DNA of 63,864 bases, filler included, from Atractiella rhizophila (Eukaryota): the NCBI GenBank assembly GCA_021432655.1. It is 4 parts of 4 records of this genome, joined end to end, with 100 filler letters (N's around TTAATTAATTAA, not from the genome) between each part and the next. Parts side by side here need not be neighbours in the genome. Positions count along the whole stretch, not along the records: positions 28,214 to 44,308 come from MU271738.1; 3 more parts are not named here. One strand, written 5' to 3'. Position 1 is the stretch's first letter. Every line of letters starts with the position of its first letter. Below the pieces are notes generated by a model, which saw only the letters and a program-made list of their open reading frames with translations, searched no databases and was not told the origin of the DNA. Shown here in pieces: positions 28,114-41,407 of this stretch. Both the position numbers and the translations under genes were made by a program.

Positions 28114-28213
28114 NNNNNNNNNNNNNNNNNNNNNNNNNNNNNNNNNNNNNNNNNNNNTTAATTAATTAANNNNNNNNNNNNNNNNNNNNNNNNNNNNNNN
28201 NNNNNNNNNNNNN
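28114..28213. other. Assembly gap/linker (N44-TTAATTAATTAA-N44)
   Basis: Six-frame-stop spacer embedded in Ns. Confidence 0.98.
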
Positions 28214-28333
28214 TTCAGGTGGGTGCTTAGTCCCACTTGCACAACAAGTGACTAACAGTAGCATACTTCAGGGGAAGAGGGAGAGGCTATTAAAACGGGC
28301 GTGCTTTTCACCGCAGTGACGCTCATATTGTAT

Positions 28334-31300
28334 TCAGTATGCGTACGGTATATTATTCTAGACCACTTATCCTGTCAACATGAAAGGTCCCAGATTGACT
28401 CAACGAACCTGAATCTTTTGGAACCTAGATATCAAAATAAGCTGACAGTGAGGACAAAAAGAGAAGATTAGACGTACTGATCGTAAGCAACGGAGCGCGA
28501 ATTTTCGAATGCATTCCTAATAATGCCTTCCATGTGTTCTGCTGCAGCTCTTTCACCCAAGTCTGGACGAAATCGCTCGCGTAACCGATGTATTGTTCCT
28601 TGGCCTTTGAAGGATGGTAACTCAGTTTCCATCATCAAGTTAACCAATGTGCAAACTTCTTCGACAAAAGGTCTGCAAGCCAAGAACGCTTTGACTGTCA
28701 GCTGACTAAAAGCGCGAAATCCATCACTGTCTTTGCCACCCATCAGTACTACCATCTCGTGGCTGAGCTTGAACGAGTTTGGTTCGAATTTGATACCCTG
28801 GTCACCCCTTCAGCTTTTTCCAGATGGTCGCGCAAAAACAAACTCCGGGTCGTGCAGAAGAGCACAGGGTCAGCGTGGATGCAAATGCAAAAGTGAAGGC
28901 AAAATAAACTCATCTATGTCAAACAAAAATCCAAAATCTATACGCTATATCAGTCAGAGCGTTCATGAGTCGGGAAGGGCAACCCACCAATGTGCGTAAG
29001 TCTCCCAGTCCCGTCAATCATAATATTGCCATTGTGCCTATCTTTGATCTGGATGATGTAGCATACGACCGAATATGCTGCCATGGACTGGACGAAATTC
29101 GTTCTGGCTTTCTGAAACGGTATCGAGTCCAAAGGTCCAAACTTTGAGATGAAGAAGGAAGTCAGGTTGTTGATTTTGGCACGACCCATTTCATCCCTCG
29201 AGGTAGCATTTGGGATCACATCAATTACCCCGCACTACACGCTTATTCCACGAGATGTCGTCAGTGTAATAGAAACACTTACACCGGGACCCGTTGCAGT
29301 CACTCGATACGGAACCAGTTGCAGAGTCAATCCTAATGACGCAAAAATGTTTTGGAACAGCGATATGACCTGTAGCGCCAGGACATCTTGCCTACAGTCA
29401 TCCCCGACTTTGAAGATCGCCCCTTGCCACTCGTATTTTGCCATCGATAAAGAATCTGACGGCTGCCGCTTCACCTTGAAAGTAGCCATAAAGGGAGCCT
29501 AATGTTTGTTTAGTGTGCGTTAGATAGAATAGAAGGTATTGTCACTTTAGCGTGACTTTGCAAGGGACGGCCTGACAATCGATTAATATCAACTACCACG
29601 CCGTCAGGGTTGCTGGGAAGGTAAACACCAGGATCCACGACAATCTTAGCGATTTCTTCATCAATCTTAGCCTACGAAACATCAAGGACCAGTATTGTGG
29701 CAATAGAAAACAGACCTTCTTCTCGTCCTTTGTCCTCTTTATGAACGGCTGCAAGGTTCTGGATATTGAGGTGACCTGGTCAAAAAAAAGAAACTCTCTC
29801 TCGTAAAAGGCACGACTCTCTCCCGATAATGACTCGACAATCATCCCCACCAGTCTGTCGTATATGGATTTCATCCTATCAGGCTACGAACGAGAGGAAT
29901 TAACTCCGTCCCAAATGCAAAGAGAAGGATAACTAACAATTTCAGCATTGTCGTCCTTATGCGTATTTGCTTTCATATTCCAGATTATCTGGTGACAGAA
30001 AAGTTGGGAGATGCTAGCTGTTTCGAAAATGAATCGCTCGACGTAACCTATGGATTACTTTTTGAAAGACGCTGATGACGGGGGATCAGAACCGACCTAA
30101 AGCATCATGTCGAAGACACTGGACAACTTGTGGTACGTAAAAGAACGTCAGCTGAACTGGGTGTTGCTCCAACGTCCTCAAGGCGTACTGCTGCGCGGTT
30201 GGATTGTCGTTGAAGGTGAGCATGCGGAGTGCGTCTATGGGAGCAACTGGAGATAAAAATGTGGGGTCCTGACATGCACTGTTAACAACGTTCCCCCACA
30301 TGGGTAAAACTACCAATCGTTGGGACCTTTTTCCTGTCATGATTCCCAGCCTTGAAGATAGAAGTTGAGAAAAGCCGTCCGTTAAAGCCCAAAGGCTGTC
30401 ACGATTTTCTTCCACGAGTCGTGAGAACTCTGATAAAGTTTCACTAGATTTGAACCTCCGCGAAATCTGTGCAGCCAGTGTGGGATGAAAGTTCCACCCT
30501 GTTCTCACGAGATTTTTCAGCGGTAGCTGTTGTAACATGAGTATAGTACAACGGGCAAAGAAAGCACCAACTTGATAAGATTCTCTTGTTTGGCTGTCTC
30601 TTCGCTCTTCAAGCAATGGACACTCCCAGAGCTCTAGTCGAATCACTTCATCGTCCAAGAGAGTCCGAAGTAACTTTAGATACAAGTCATTCACCGCGCC
30701 GATATTTGCCAATCTCTCTCTGAAAGTCCTCAGTGACCGAACATCACTTTGAAGCCGGCGATTCCGGCTGCCGAAGGTCCACCTAGCGAGACGACAATGG
30801 CACACAATGAGTATTCACGACAAAAAGGAAGGGAACAAACATACTTCGGCCTCGAAGCAAACCAGTAAAGTGCAGCATGCATGATGGCCTTGTGAGTTGC
30901 TCGTGTCACTGATGGGGCGATCCGTGCTAGGCGAGCGATGGAAAGGAAGGAAGACAAAGTACAGAATCGCAGCTCCCGAAACAAGGCATGTGTGCTGCAT
31001 TGTGCATTTAGGACCCTGGCAAAGAGGGAACGAAGGGGCTTACGTCCACGATGCGCTGTATGAACAAACTCTCTGAATCAAACGGTTGCACTCTGTGACA
31101 AACGGCGCCGAGGTACAAGAGCTGGTGCATGCGCGAGAATCCAGAAAGCTCAAAAGAAGTAAATGTGGTTTAACCTGATTCTCAAACCAAGCAGCATCAC
31201 GAGCAAAAGATCCGGTGTCCATAGGGGTAAATTGAGCTTCCTTCGTGAGAGGATTTGTGCTGTTCAAACTGTGAGCTGTTGTCTACCCCGATAGCAATGG

Positions 31301-34300
31301 CGCACTCTACCACGCAGGCAGTCAAGCCTCCCTGCCTGCGACAGCTTCGCGACCAAGCGAGAAGAATTTGAGAAACCAGTCTTCCTTCAACGGCCGGAGT
31401 TGTGTGCGCAATTTGTGTCCATATGCTAATGGACAGATCCATTACAGCTGATGTGAGGTGGGCAAATGGCAACACAACAAGCTCGCGGACTTGTTCAGGA
31501 TCCGGCTATATATCTGGTTATTAGTTGCTGATTTTGCTATATGAGAAACTAACGACACAATTCGCGAGCACCTGAGCGCGTTCAATCAAATAACGGCACA
31601 ATGAAGATTCGTCTTCAATTGGTTCTCCATTAATTATGGCGACTAGCCCATTTTGGCTCGGTTTCCTTTCCACTACATTTCCGAACGTCGGTCCCAAAGT
31701 ACGCAGTGGTTCGGGCTGACTTCTGATTCCTGAATAGCAATGAACCTTGCACACTCGTTATAAACGATTTACCTTTTATGGCGTTGCCGCCAGCGTATTC
31801 GAGTGCAACGACGACTCCGAGCGACGAAGCAACTCCATAAGGCAGATGGGACACATATGTCTACTCACATAAGGTAAGCTACTTAACGGGCAATATCGTC
31901 TACATACTTGCATCGCAAGGTTGAGATCAAGCTTGCACGTTTCAGTCGCCTTTGAGAGCCACTTCTTTGCAATTACGTGGATTTGGTTCTCTAATTCCTT
32001 CCGGGAAACGTACGTATCGAGCGCTTGGATCGAAATCATGTTGGATACAGACTCGAAACTATAATGTGGTGTATACTTGATACTGTCAGAGGGACCTGGG
32101 CTCAAGTTATCGTGACATACTGGGTCATCCAGGAGAGCACTCGAAGCCTCCTCGAGCAGAGTCAATGTGTCGAGTAAAGCACTGCATACCTCGTCGATAC
32201 ACAGCAAGTGTGGGAAAGTGTCGAATATCTGATCTAGAAAGCTGCAAGCTGTTGCTCGAACTCCAGCGTGACGATCACAACTCAGACATAGTAAATGTCG
32301 GAGTTCCTGTGATACTTGGGGCAATTGCAGAGTGTGCGACATCATTCGAGCTTGCAAGTGATTGATAAATGTCAGACAGAACTTCAGCCATAATTAACAA
32401 TTATTCCAATAAAACAGACAGCACGCACTGATTGGCTCGCTATAGATAGACAAGTAGAGAGTGGGTACACCATGGTTCCTTCCACTCTTAGGTAATCCAG
32501 GCATGCGGCGAGCGTCAGGTTCTCAACGCGACATGATTCAACCCTGATCACTGAGAGCATCCAAAGAGTTTCTATGGCTGTAAGATGCCGAATGTGTGGC
32601 GTCAGACTAGGACACATGGAAGTGAGTTCCGTTCGGGAGGATTCCATCGACTGTAGCACTGTCACTAGGCAACAAACAGTGCTGGGACCATACGAACCAT
32701 CTTTACAACCAGTTTTGGAGCTGACGTCGCAAGCTGCAGTTGTTGTTCTAGATTATCGTGGGAATGTGAATGCAGAAGTGCTGGGGTACACCGTGCTAGT
32801 CGACGGAAAGCAGCAAGTTGCCACGTATCCAAATGAATGGGCGAGGAGAATATCTTTGCGGCTGAGCAAGCGAGCCAGAAATCTATTAAATGGGCTCGTG
32901 TCGAGCTGGGAAGTCCGCGGCTTGTCAGATGTTCTGCCAAACTGTCCATCACCGACACAATCGCACGCATGTGTTCTTGAATGTGTTCACAGGGTTTCTA
33001 CTTGAGAGTCAGGGCCGCCAAGATACAGAAAGAACGTACATTGACATCAGACATTTCTAACCAAGTCATGCTCCGCTCCACAAAAAGCCTCGCAAGCTCT
33101 CCCAAATAAACTCCTGCCAAGCTTTCATTCGTTCGCACGCTCTCCGCAAGCTTAGTTTGTACAGTGAGAATCTGCTTTACATTACCAAACAAACGTGAGG
33201 CAAACAACCTGCTTACATCGTTTCGCAGGTCACCATCGTTAACCCCAAGTCCGCATCCGGCTAAGTGGCGGACGACGTCCAGAAAAATATCTTCATCGGC
33301 CAGATAAGGTACGGAAGCTACCAGCGAGAGCAAAATCTCCTTCCGGCTTGTGGCATCCTCCAGGCCCTCCAACGATTGAAACAAGGACCGGACAATCAGA
33401 GCGGATACCTACAACCAGAGTGTTACTTGTATTCTTCAGTAAATATTTGCGAACTTGGGAATCTCTTGCGGAGTTTGCCAGACAAGACATTACAAAGGCG
33501 GCATTAGCATTCGCGTGCAGGGACAGACTGCTGTTGTTGGAATCCACACAAAGGTCAGCCACATTGGCTAAGCCGTATATTAAACCAAGCAGGTCTTCTC
33601 GGCGCTGCAAAACATTTTGTTCAGATTTGGCATCTGCGATGTGATGAAGGACGTATTACCGGCACGGAGAGCAAAAGGATATCTGCAGCTTTGGCTAGCG
33701 GCAATCTAGCCATTCCCGAGACTTCACTGTCCACATTTGGCGTATAGGTATTGATGAACGTCAACGCAGTGACTCCTCCTTTTTCTCGCAACGATGGGAA
33801 ACTATATTAACTGTAAAAACAGCGCTGAAAACAACGAAAGCTAACCTTCTGGCCAGAACCAAAATCCCTTCTACACAGAGTGAAACAGCTCTTTCCCAAA
33901 AGATCGATGCCGTTGAATACAGAACCTTCTCCAAGCAGTAAAATGTTGATTGCGCAGTATGAGGCAGCAAAAGAGAACTGAGGCACAGTGCGCGCTAACA
34001 TTTTTGATGAGAAGGGATCAAGAAGGGATGACCGGACACGTTACCAAGCCTTCGGCATAAATTTGACTCATAAAATCGTCATCACTCGATGTTTGCGCAT
34101 TTGTGTTATCTAAGAAGTGAAGAAGGGCATTGTGCACCATGAGAGTCGGATTGTCATGCAACTCCTCAGGGAGTATTTCAATTGACTGCCTTTGTAATTT
34201 GTCCCAAGCATCTGATAGTTCTGTTGTCGAAGATAAAAAGAGTTCAGCACTGAAAGAGGCACTAATCCATCGCAGAGCCACAAGTTGTTGGAAAGTTCGA

Positions 34301-35013
34301 GATATAGACCCTGAACTTGAGGTGTAGGTATCCATTGTGTACCAAAGAAAGGCATCGTTGGAGGACATGGCATTCGGATAAATGACACCGTGCTGTTTCC
34401 GTGATTCCGGAGGTTCCAGCAGGGACTTCGTTAGAAGCGAACGCATCTGTTTACCTAATAAGATAGGCTTAGATTCCACGGCTCGTCGCAGGCCATTGAG
34501 AAGAGGGAAGAGCAATGTGATCCAAAAATCGTCTGTAGATGTCATTAGGAAAGAACAACGTAACCAGGATAGTTGTCCCACCGTCCACTTCAATCTCCGA
34601 TATATGTTGCCAAAAGGACACAAAAGCGTCTGTTGCAACCTGAGCAAGATCTGGGTCTTTGCGAACAATGATTGAGATAGCGGAAAACACTTGGAAAGCG
34701 AGCACGTCGGGAGCGGTGACCTCTTGATTTTCTGTCTCCAAAATTAGTTGAAGCTAGACGCAAAAGACTGTTTACCTTGGAACAGTACAAATGGTTGCAT
34801 TTTAAGCGTAGGCAATACCGTTAAGAGTTGCAATAACTGTCTGACGGATTCTGTTTGTGGCTTTAGTGCGGTAGACCGTGTCAAAGCTATCCAGTCTTGG
34901 ACTCGCGCAAACGATATGTCGCAGGGTTCGTGATGCCAATCCAGCGACAGGGCATCGTGACACGACAGATCTCCCAAGATGAGATTTCGAAGCGGTAGGG
35001 TGAGGACGTCCAT
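28334..35013 (-). CDS. STT4: Phosphatidylinositol 4-kinase type III alpha, many exons
   Basis: PIK domain ([27 protein letters not shown]) and kinase motifs [52 protein letters not shown] and ELPSFK. Last exon NNIPYAY*. Confidence 0.92.
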
Positions 35014-35376
35014 AACAGCAAACAGAAGTATTTTACGACATCGTTTTGTGTTGTGTCATGCTGTTGTTCAAATCCCGCTGCCAATTTGCCGGATAGCCGA
35101 TCGATTCTGAAGGCCATATATTCTCACAATTTCTCACATTCAAATCTACGTCGCGTCATGTGTCAAAGGGCTCCTGCGTCCCTTGTGAACGCGAAAAAAA
35201 GCACAAGTTTGCATCAACATCACAGTAATTTACTCATGAAGGCCTTGAACGTTCGTCATTACAGGGAAAAAAATCAGAGACTGAAATAGTTGTCAGATGT
35301 CACAAGCAGAGACACGACACAGCAGGCATAAATCGAAGCGATACTCAAACTACCATTCCAGACCTTCCCGAGGCAT

Positions 35377-37745
35377 CTAACGTGGTTGCGTCTTAAACTT
35401 GAGAAGAGGAGCCAATTCCGACAGCGAACAAGCTTTCTGAAGAAATTCATGCTGGGATGCCTATCAGGCAGGGGTGACAAAGAAAAGCCACCACTCACCT
35501 CTAACAATTCCTCAGCACCAGCTCTAGATTTGACGTCCACACAAAGGCAAACGGCCAAAAAATTCTTGAGCTCCTTGCTGAGCTTTTCCGGCCGTTTGAG
35601 TGTTGGGGTCCCATTGGTTGCAATGAGATATAGTGCCTTCAAGGGTTCCTCGTCCAAATAAGGAGGCTCATTTTCAATCATCTCGATGGCCATGATGCCG
35701 AGAGACCAGATATCAACTTTGGCGCCATATTCCTTCTGTTTGACCACCTCGGGTGCCATCCAATACGGAGTACCGACCATGGTCGCTCGCTTCGATTTTT
35801 GGTCAGTTAATTTCGCACAAAATCCGAAATCGGCTACAAGGCTCATTAATATATTGAGGAGGAGTACAAAGAATCGAGGTACTGATTTTTACTTGACCAT
35901 CAGAATCAAGCAGTACATTATCGCTCTTGATATCGCGATGTATAATGGACTTTGAATGCAAGTGCTGGAGACCTTTACAAGTCTGCCCGATGTGTGAGTC
36001 GTCAAGTAAGAGACAACATCTTTCTGCTTACCTCGAGACAAATGCTTGAAATTTGGTTCTCCTCCAATGTGTTGTGGTCAATCACGTCGGTTAACGCTCC
36101 ACCTTCCATGTACTCCATTACGACCCATAGCTCGTGTTTCACGAGGAAGGAATCGAGGAAATTGACAATGTTGGGATGCTGACTTTCCTTCATGACAAGA
36201 ATTTCTGTAACTATCAGTTCCTTCCTGGGCTGGTGGTGCAGGTCCATTTGCTTGATAGCCACCTTTTTGCCAGTCGAAAGGCTCTTTGCCACGTACACCG
36301 ATCCTGAGGCTCCTTGACCAACTTTCTTCGATTTCTGGTAAAGGGAATTCGGATCAGAAGTTGAGCAGATGGATCGGAGTTTATCCATTACTTGAGCTTC
36401 TGAGAGGGTAGAGACCCTACGGTCTCCTGCAGGGACCTTTTTACCGCCTTGAGCGGGTCTCGGAGCAACCGGTGGAGCCGCAGGCGAAGGCGCATTAGTT
36501 TTCGGGAGAGTGACTTTGCCTTCTTCCTTGCTAAAAACGGATGTCCCTCCAGCGGCAAGCTGAAGTGGTTTCGTGCCTGCAATCGTCGAAGCTGGTGAAA
36601 CGCTCGGCACAGGGCTTTGAGCAGATTTAGTCGGGTCTCGTAAATTTGTCCTTGATGAGGTTTGCGTGATAAGAGGCTTCAACCCGTTAGAAACTGCAGT
36701 CGGGTTGTTTGCGGTGGGAGTTTTGGGACTAGGTGCAGCAATCACAGGTCGAGGCGCCGGCGCCGGTCTCTGCACAATACTGGGGGGCTCATCTTCTGGG
36801 TACTTCACCCCAGGAGACACGTCGTGCCGAATGTTCGGGCCGGCACCAGCGAGTCCTGTTCCAGCGTTGAAGCGGGTTGCAGAGAGCGCGTTCGATCCAG
36901 ATGACATTGCAGCAGGCATAGAGTTTTCCGCTGCCACCCGTCGGTCTGCATAATCCCTCCCCAATCCATCTCCAAAGTCCTCCCGCTCTCTCTTTTGCAT
37001 ATCGGTATAAAAGTCGAGAACATCCAATACGGCTTGGGGATTTTTTGCCTGATCCTCCTTCGTAATTGCCGAACTGGTCAGAAGTTTCGTCCATTGATCC
37101 GGAAGCCCGGTGAAAGCGCCTGTCATAGGGTCAAACCCCACGTGAACTTGATGGATGAAGTTAGTGGGGTTTGAAACTCCCATGAGCGGTGATCGATTGT
37201 ACACGTCGTCTTGCCAACCGTACAGTTCCTCCTCTGATTTGAGGGAGATGTACCAAATCTTCTCCTTTGTCTCTACCTCCAGGCAATAAGTTTTCATATC
37301 GTTCCGATTAATTGCCGTGATAGCATCTAATGGAATGGTCGTGGAAGGTTGAAGTGAGGTCTGAATAACAATGAGTACCAGCAGATCGAATCAGGATCGC
37401 ACTTGCATCATTCCTGTGGATGTTGAGGGTTTGTTCTTTGAGAACGAGCCACTTCTTGCTCCAAATCCAAGATCGTAAACCGTCTTCCTTGATGTTCACC
37501 CAGCCCCTGCGAACGATGGTGGTGGGATTAGTGCTATTCAAGCCCTGAGCACTGCCACCGTTAAAATTCGAAACTGAAGAGGTTAAGGCTGAATGAAATG
37601 AGGAGATAGAACCATTAGGACTGCCAGCATCTCCTCGACTGATGGGAACAGGAGGTGCTGGTCGTGAAGGAGTCAATGATTGCCCTCCATACCCTGAGTC
37701 GAGTCTTGTACCTTCCAGTGTAGAATAAGTAGAGCTGTTGTACAT
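35377..37745 (-). CDS. CLA4: PAK kinase with PH, CRIB/PBD and kinase domains (Cla4/Ste20 family)
   Basis: PH ([24 protein letters not shown]), CRIB ([16 protein letters not shown]), and kinase [28 protein letters not shown] and [12 protein letters not shown]. Confidence 0.95.
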
Positions 37746-38450
37746 GATACCTCTACCTCTTCGAGGTCGAGCAGTGTTAGTTCAGCGATGGTTCGGCAGG
37801 ACCGGACGCACGCGGGTATTGCCGCCTAACGACAACCATGTATTATGAGACACAGAAATGAAATTATCATGACTACACTAAAACAAATAAATCCTGACAA
37901 TATGCCCGTCTTTTGCCTCACACAAATACAGTCCCCATTTCCGAACAATTGGGAATGGGGTGAAGGAGGATCATGGCAAAGAACACCCAAAAATCCCCCT
38001 GTCAGAGATAGGTCGGAGGTGCATGTTTGCTTTCTTGGATGGACTGTTGGACTGTACATGTGCTTACATAGAGACACGTGGATATAAAGAATGGATAGCT
38101 ATGATTAAGTGTGTTGATGAAGGAGGTAAAAGCGGTATTTTAGCTATCATGTTACGTGGCCAGACAAATATGTATCAATGTCAACTAGAGTAGAGAACCC
38201 AATGAATATCAGCATTCATGGGTACATGTACGTGAGTGTCCTGTGCATAACAAGTCACAAACTGCTTGTGGAGAAAGAAAATCAAGACCACAGTCTTGTT
38301 TGTATGCTATAACTCACAAGTGGTCTAAAGTCAAATCTTACATTGATTTGCTAGTTTTTGGTCACAATGGCCCATTTATATGTATCACAGAAGGAAGAAT
38401 TGATAATAAATACTGTTAAATTGTTATGCATTATCTTTATTGCAATCAGT

Positions 38451-38918
38451 TGTTAGGGCAAACACTATGTGCGGTCGCTGACGGGCGATGCGTCTGTAGT
38501 GGAGGTAAACCTAAGAGAACAGTACGGCATGAGAAGACTAACCTGTAGTGGAGGTAAACCTAAGAGAATACTCTGAGGTCACCACCACTACATCTCGATG
38601 TATATATACATATGTAAAGGCACTTGCAATATACGTTTCTTGAAACATGTAAGATAGCTAGATCAGGGAAGCAATAAAAGGGAATACTCAGAAATAAGAC
38701 ATACTGAGCAGTACAAGTGAGAAAGGATAATAAGGCAATAATGGAGACGATGCAGACCGGCGAAATGTGTAAGGTTCGCTGAGCGGCGATTCGTGAGAGA
38801 TAGGGGAAGGCAGCGGTCAGCGCGAACGTGAGCAAAGCGGCGATGGGTATGACGTGTTAAAGTAGGTCACGTGACTTCGAATGGTGCATTTCGGTAATGC
38901 GTAGGGGCAAGCCTGACA
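38451..38918 (-). mobile_element. Solo LTR (468 bp) with 5-bp target-site duplication TCAGT
   Basis: TG...CA termini (tgttagg...cctgaca). TCAGT at 38446-38450 and 38919-38923. The first ~150 bp resemble the LTR at 40956. Confidence 0.9.
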
Positions 38919-39305
38919 TCAGTTTCCATTTTTTAAAGCTACTAATCGTAGCGGCAATGTGTGTCAGTCCCCGACCTCTGTATAAGACGAGTTGTGACTT
39001 TTCAGTTTGTGTCCTTTAATCATGTTTGTTCGAGAATATGAGCAATGGAGAAGGAGTGAATGATTCTGTTTAGTCATATACTACTAGTGTATAGAGGTAC
39101 ATCATTTTAACCTCTGGTACAACGTACGGTTGTACCAGCAGTAGTGCGGTACATCTTTGCACAAGGGTTATACATCTAAGGGGCTACAAAATGGTTTCCA
39201 GGATTTGGGTGCAAGGTATTTGTTGTTTCAGCAATACCACTTATCTTATTGTTAAACCTGGCATTCATTGGTGCATGTTAGTAAGGGAGTTACTCACTAT
39301 TTGAT

Positions 39306-39350
39306 TGTCAGGTTTGTATCAGGTTTGCATCTTACGCAAATCGGCGCCCG
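39306..39350 (+). mobile_element. Inverted fragment of the LTR 5' tip
   Basis: tgtcaggtttg(tatcaggtttg)catcttacgcaaatcggc matches the reverse complement of 41380-41407 (tgtcaggtttgcatcttcgcaaatcggc). Confidence 0.8.
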
Positions 39351-40955
39351 CATGTCAGCGATGGGAATGTGGGTGATGAAAAGCGGTTCTGAGTTTCGTT
39401 TTCGAACTGACTAGGGATGCAGTTGTCGAACGCAAGTGGACTTTGTCGTATATTTTTGTGACATCTGTGCATCTTTGTCTCCAAGATGGAAAACACAATT
39501 TTGGAAATGGGAAGTCATGTTCGGGAGAAGGGAATTCTGCGCAAAGCGGCGCTTTGTTGGAAGTGATTTTAGGTGACGAAAATGAATTGCAAGTCGGCGA
39601 CGGGGACACTCCTTTCATCCATCGCCGTCTCGAAAATCATCATCCAGATCCGATAATTGAGCGACGCTCGTTTTTGGCGACTGGTCAGCGATTTGCGCAG
39701 GTTGTTGTTCCTGTTCTACAAGACGAGTGTCGAAATATTCTCCTTGTGCACGAAGGTATTGATTGCTCTTTGCTCATGGACATCTTACATTCCTTCTCTC
39801 TGTGTCCGATATTTTGGCATCTTCAACAACGAGGCGGTCTGAACTTCGTTGCGTCCACACGCTGGGGTCTTTAGCTTCATGAGGTTGCAAAGCGGCGATG
39901 GGTGACAAAGCAGCGCTCAGTCAGTACAGAGGGGGTCCGCTGTTGTCCTTCTGTTTCGTCGATTTTGAGTGATCTTTCTTTGCTGAAGGTATATTTTGGG
40001 TCCCGCTTGTCGCTGATGAGATGCCTTGAAAGAAGCTGGAATGTGCAAACTCTTCTACATTGATTCGCCACATTTTTTCCTTCCACTCTTCAAGGGACTT
40101 GGGGAAATCACCTTGTATCACTTTAAGGTGTGGGCCAGGATTGAGCCCTTGTTTGAAGAATAAAGTGAGCGCCTCATCATCAAAGTCTGCCTGATTGGCC
40201 AACTCTTCAAACTTGATGATGTAGGACTCCAGGTTGCCCTTCTGTTGCAGGGAAGACAGTTTCGGTTGCGCAATAAGCCTGCGGTCAGTTTTGCAAAAAT
40301 GTGATCTGAACTCCAAAAAAAATTGCTCCCACAAAATCTCTTCCTCATTTTTGACAAGTCAGTGCAGTATCCTAATGGTGAATTTTTCAGCGTCTCCTTC
40401 CTTCATATATGATAGAGTAAATAAAATTTTTGACCTCTCTGAAGGGAACTGTCCTGGGATGGCAGAAGTGTAGACGTAAATTTCGTGAAGAAAGTTCGGC
40501 GCCAAGCTAGGCACTCCTTTGAAGATAGAGGGTGGGGCAAGTCTGATTCCTGCATAAGGCGAAACTTGTGCAGTTTGAGGTATAGAGGGAGGAGAGTGAG
40601 TTTGGGGTATTGGGTCTGTTCATGATAAAAAGGGGGAGGTGGTTCCACTGTCTCTAGGAGGAGGTAGTAGGGAGTCCAGCAATTGTAAAATTCAGTCATT
40701 TGTGTTCTGGACGTCGGACCTCAGTTGCGCAATTTCGTGCGCATTTTGGGAGGTTTGCGCATTTTGTTGGTTGAAATTTGATATGAGGTCTTGTTCGATT
40801 TTTTAAACTGCTTTTCGGTTGTGAGGTGTAGAGTTTGGAACATCCTTTCTAAGTGATGGATGCGTTCTCTGCTCGTCGGCAATTCGCACGTTTCCATATC
40901 TCCTCAAACCTCCAACATTTTCTAAGTTTGGTTTTGAAAAGGAGAGGGAGTATTC
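39351..40955 (-). pseudogene. gag: Degenerate Ty3/gypsy gag region of a truncated second element
   Basis: ORF 39921-40334 (WEQFFLEFRSHF...KLSSLQQKGNLESYIIKFEELA...FKQGL) is a retrotransposon gag-type domain. Flanking frames contain stops. It lies directly downstream of the LTR on the minus strand. Confidence 0.8.
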
Positions 40956-41407
40956 TGTTAGGGCTGACACTATGTGCAGTCGCCGATGGGCGTTGCGTCT
41001 GTAGTGGAGATAAACCTAAGAGCATGATATGACATGAAGACTAACCCGTAGTGGAGATAAACCTAAGAGAATACTCTAAGGTCACCTCCACTACTCTCTG
41101 ATCTATATATACAAGCGGAATAGCACTGCCACAGAGTGTAGAGGAGAGCAGATGAAACATGTAAGAGAACTAAAAGGGGGAAGTGACAGTGGGATTACGT
41201 GGAGTTAATAAGAGGAGAATAGACACAAGTGAGCTAAGTGGTGATGCAGGCGCAAATGGGCGACGGGAGACGCAGAGTGGCGACGGTTCGCAGATTTATA
41301 TAGAAAGCAAACGGGTGAACAGGCGCCAATTCGGGGGGAACGCAAATGGGCGATAGGAGACGCAATCCTGCGAACGGATGCCGATTTGCGAAGATGCAAA
41401 CCTGACA
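40956..41407 (-). mobile_element. LTR (452 bp) shared between an upstream pol and a downstream gag
   Basis: TG...CA termini. G-rich PPT-like tract just upstream on the minus strand (41408-41417). TATA-like run at 41102-41111. No TSD. Confidence 0.88.

Noticed and set aside
28158..28169. TTAATTAATTAA palindrome recurring three times (also in the 44309 and 60597 gaps)
   Set aside because: Always centred in N runs. It is an artificial six-frame-stop spacer, not biology.
38451..41407. A complete LTR-gag-LTR non-autonomous element
   Set aside because: The left LTR has its own TSD on both sides (solo LTR) and differs strongly in U3 from the right LTR.
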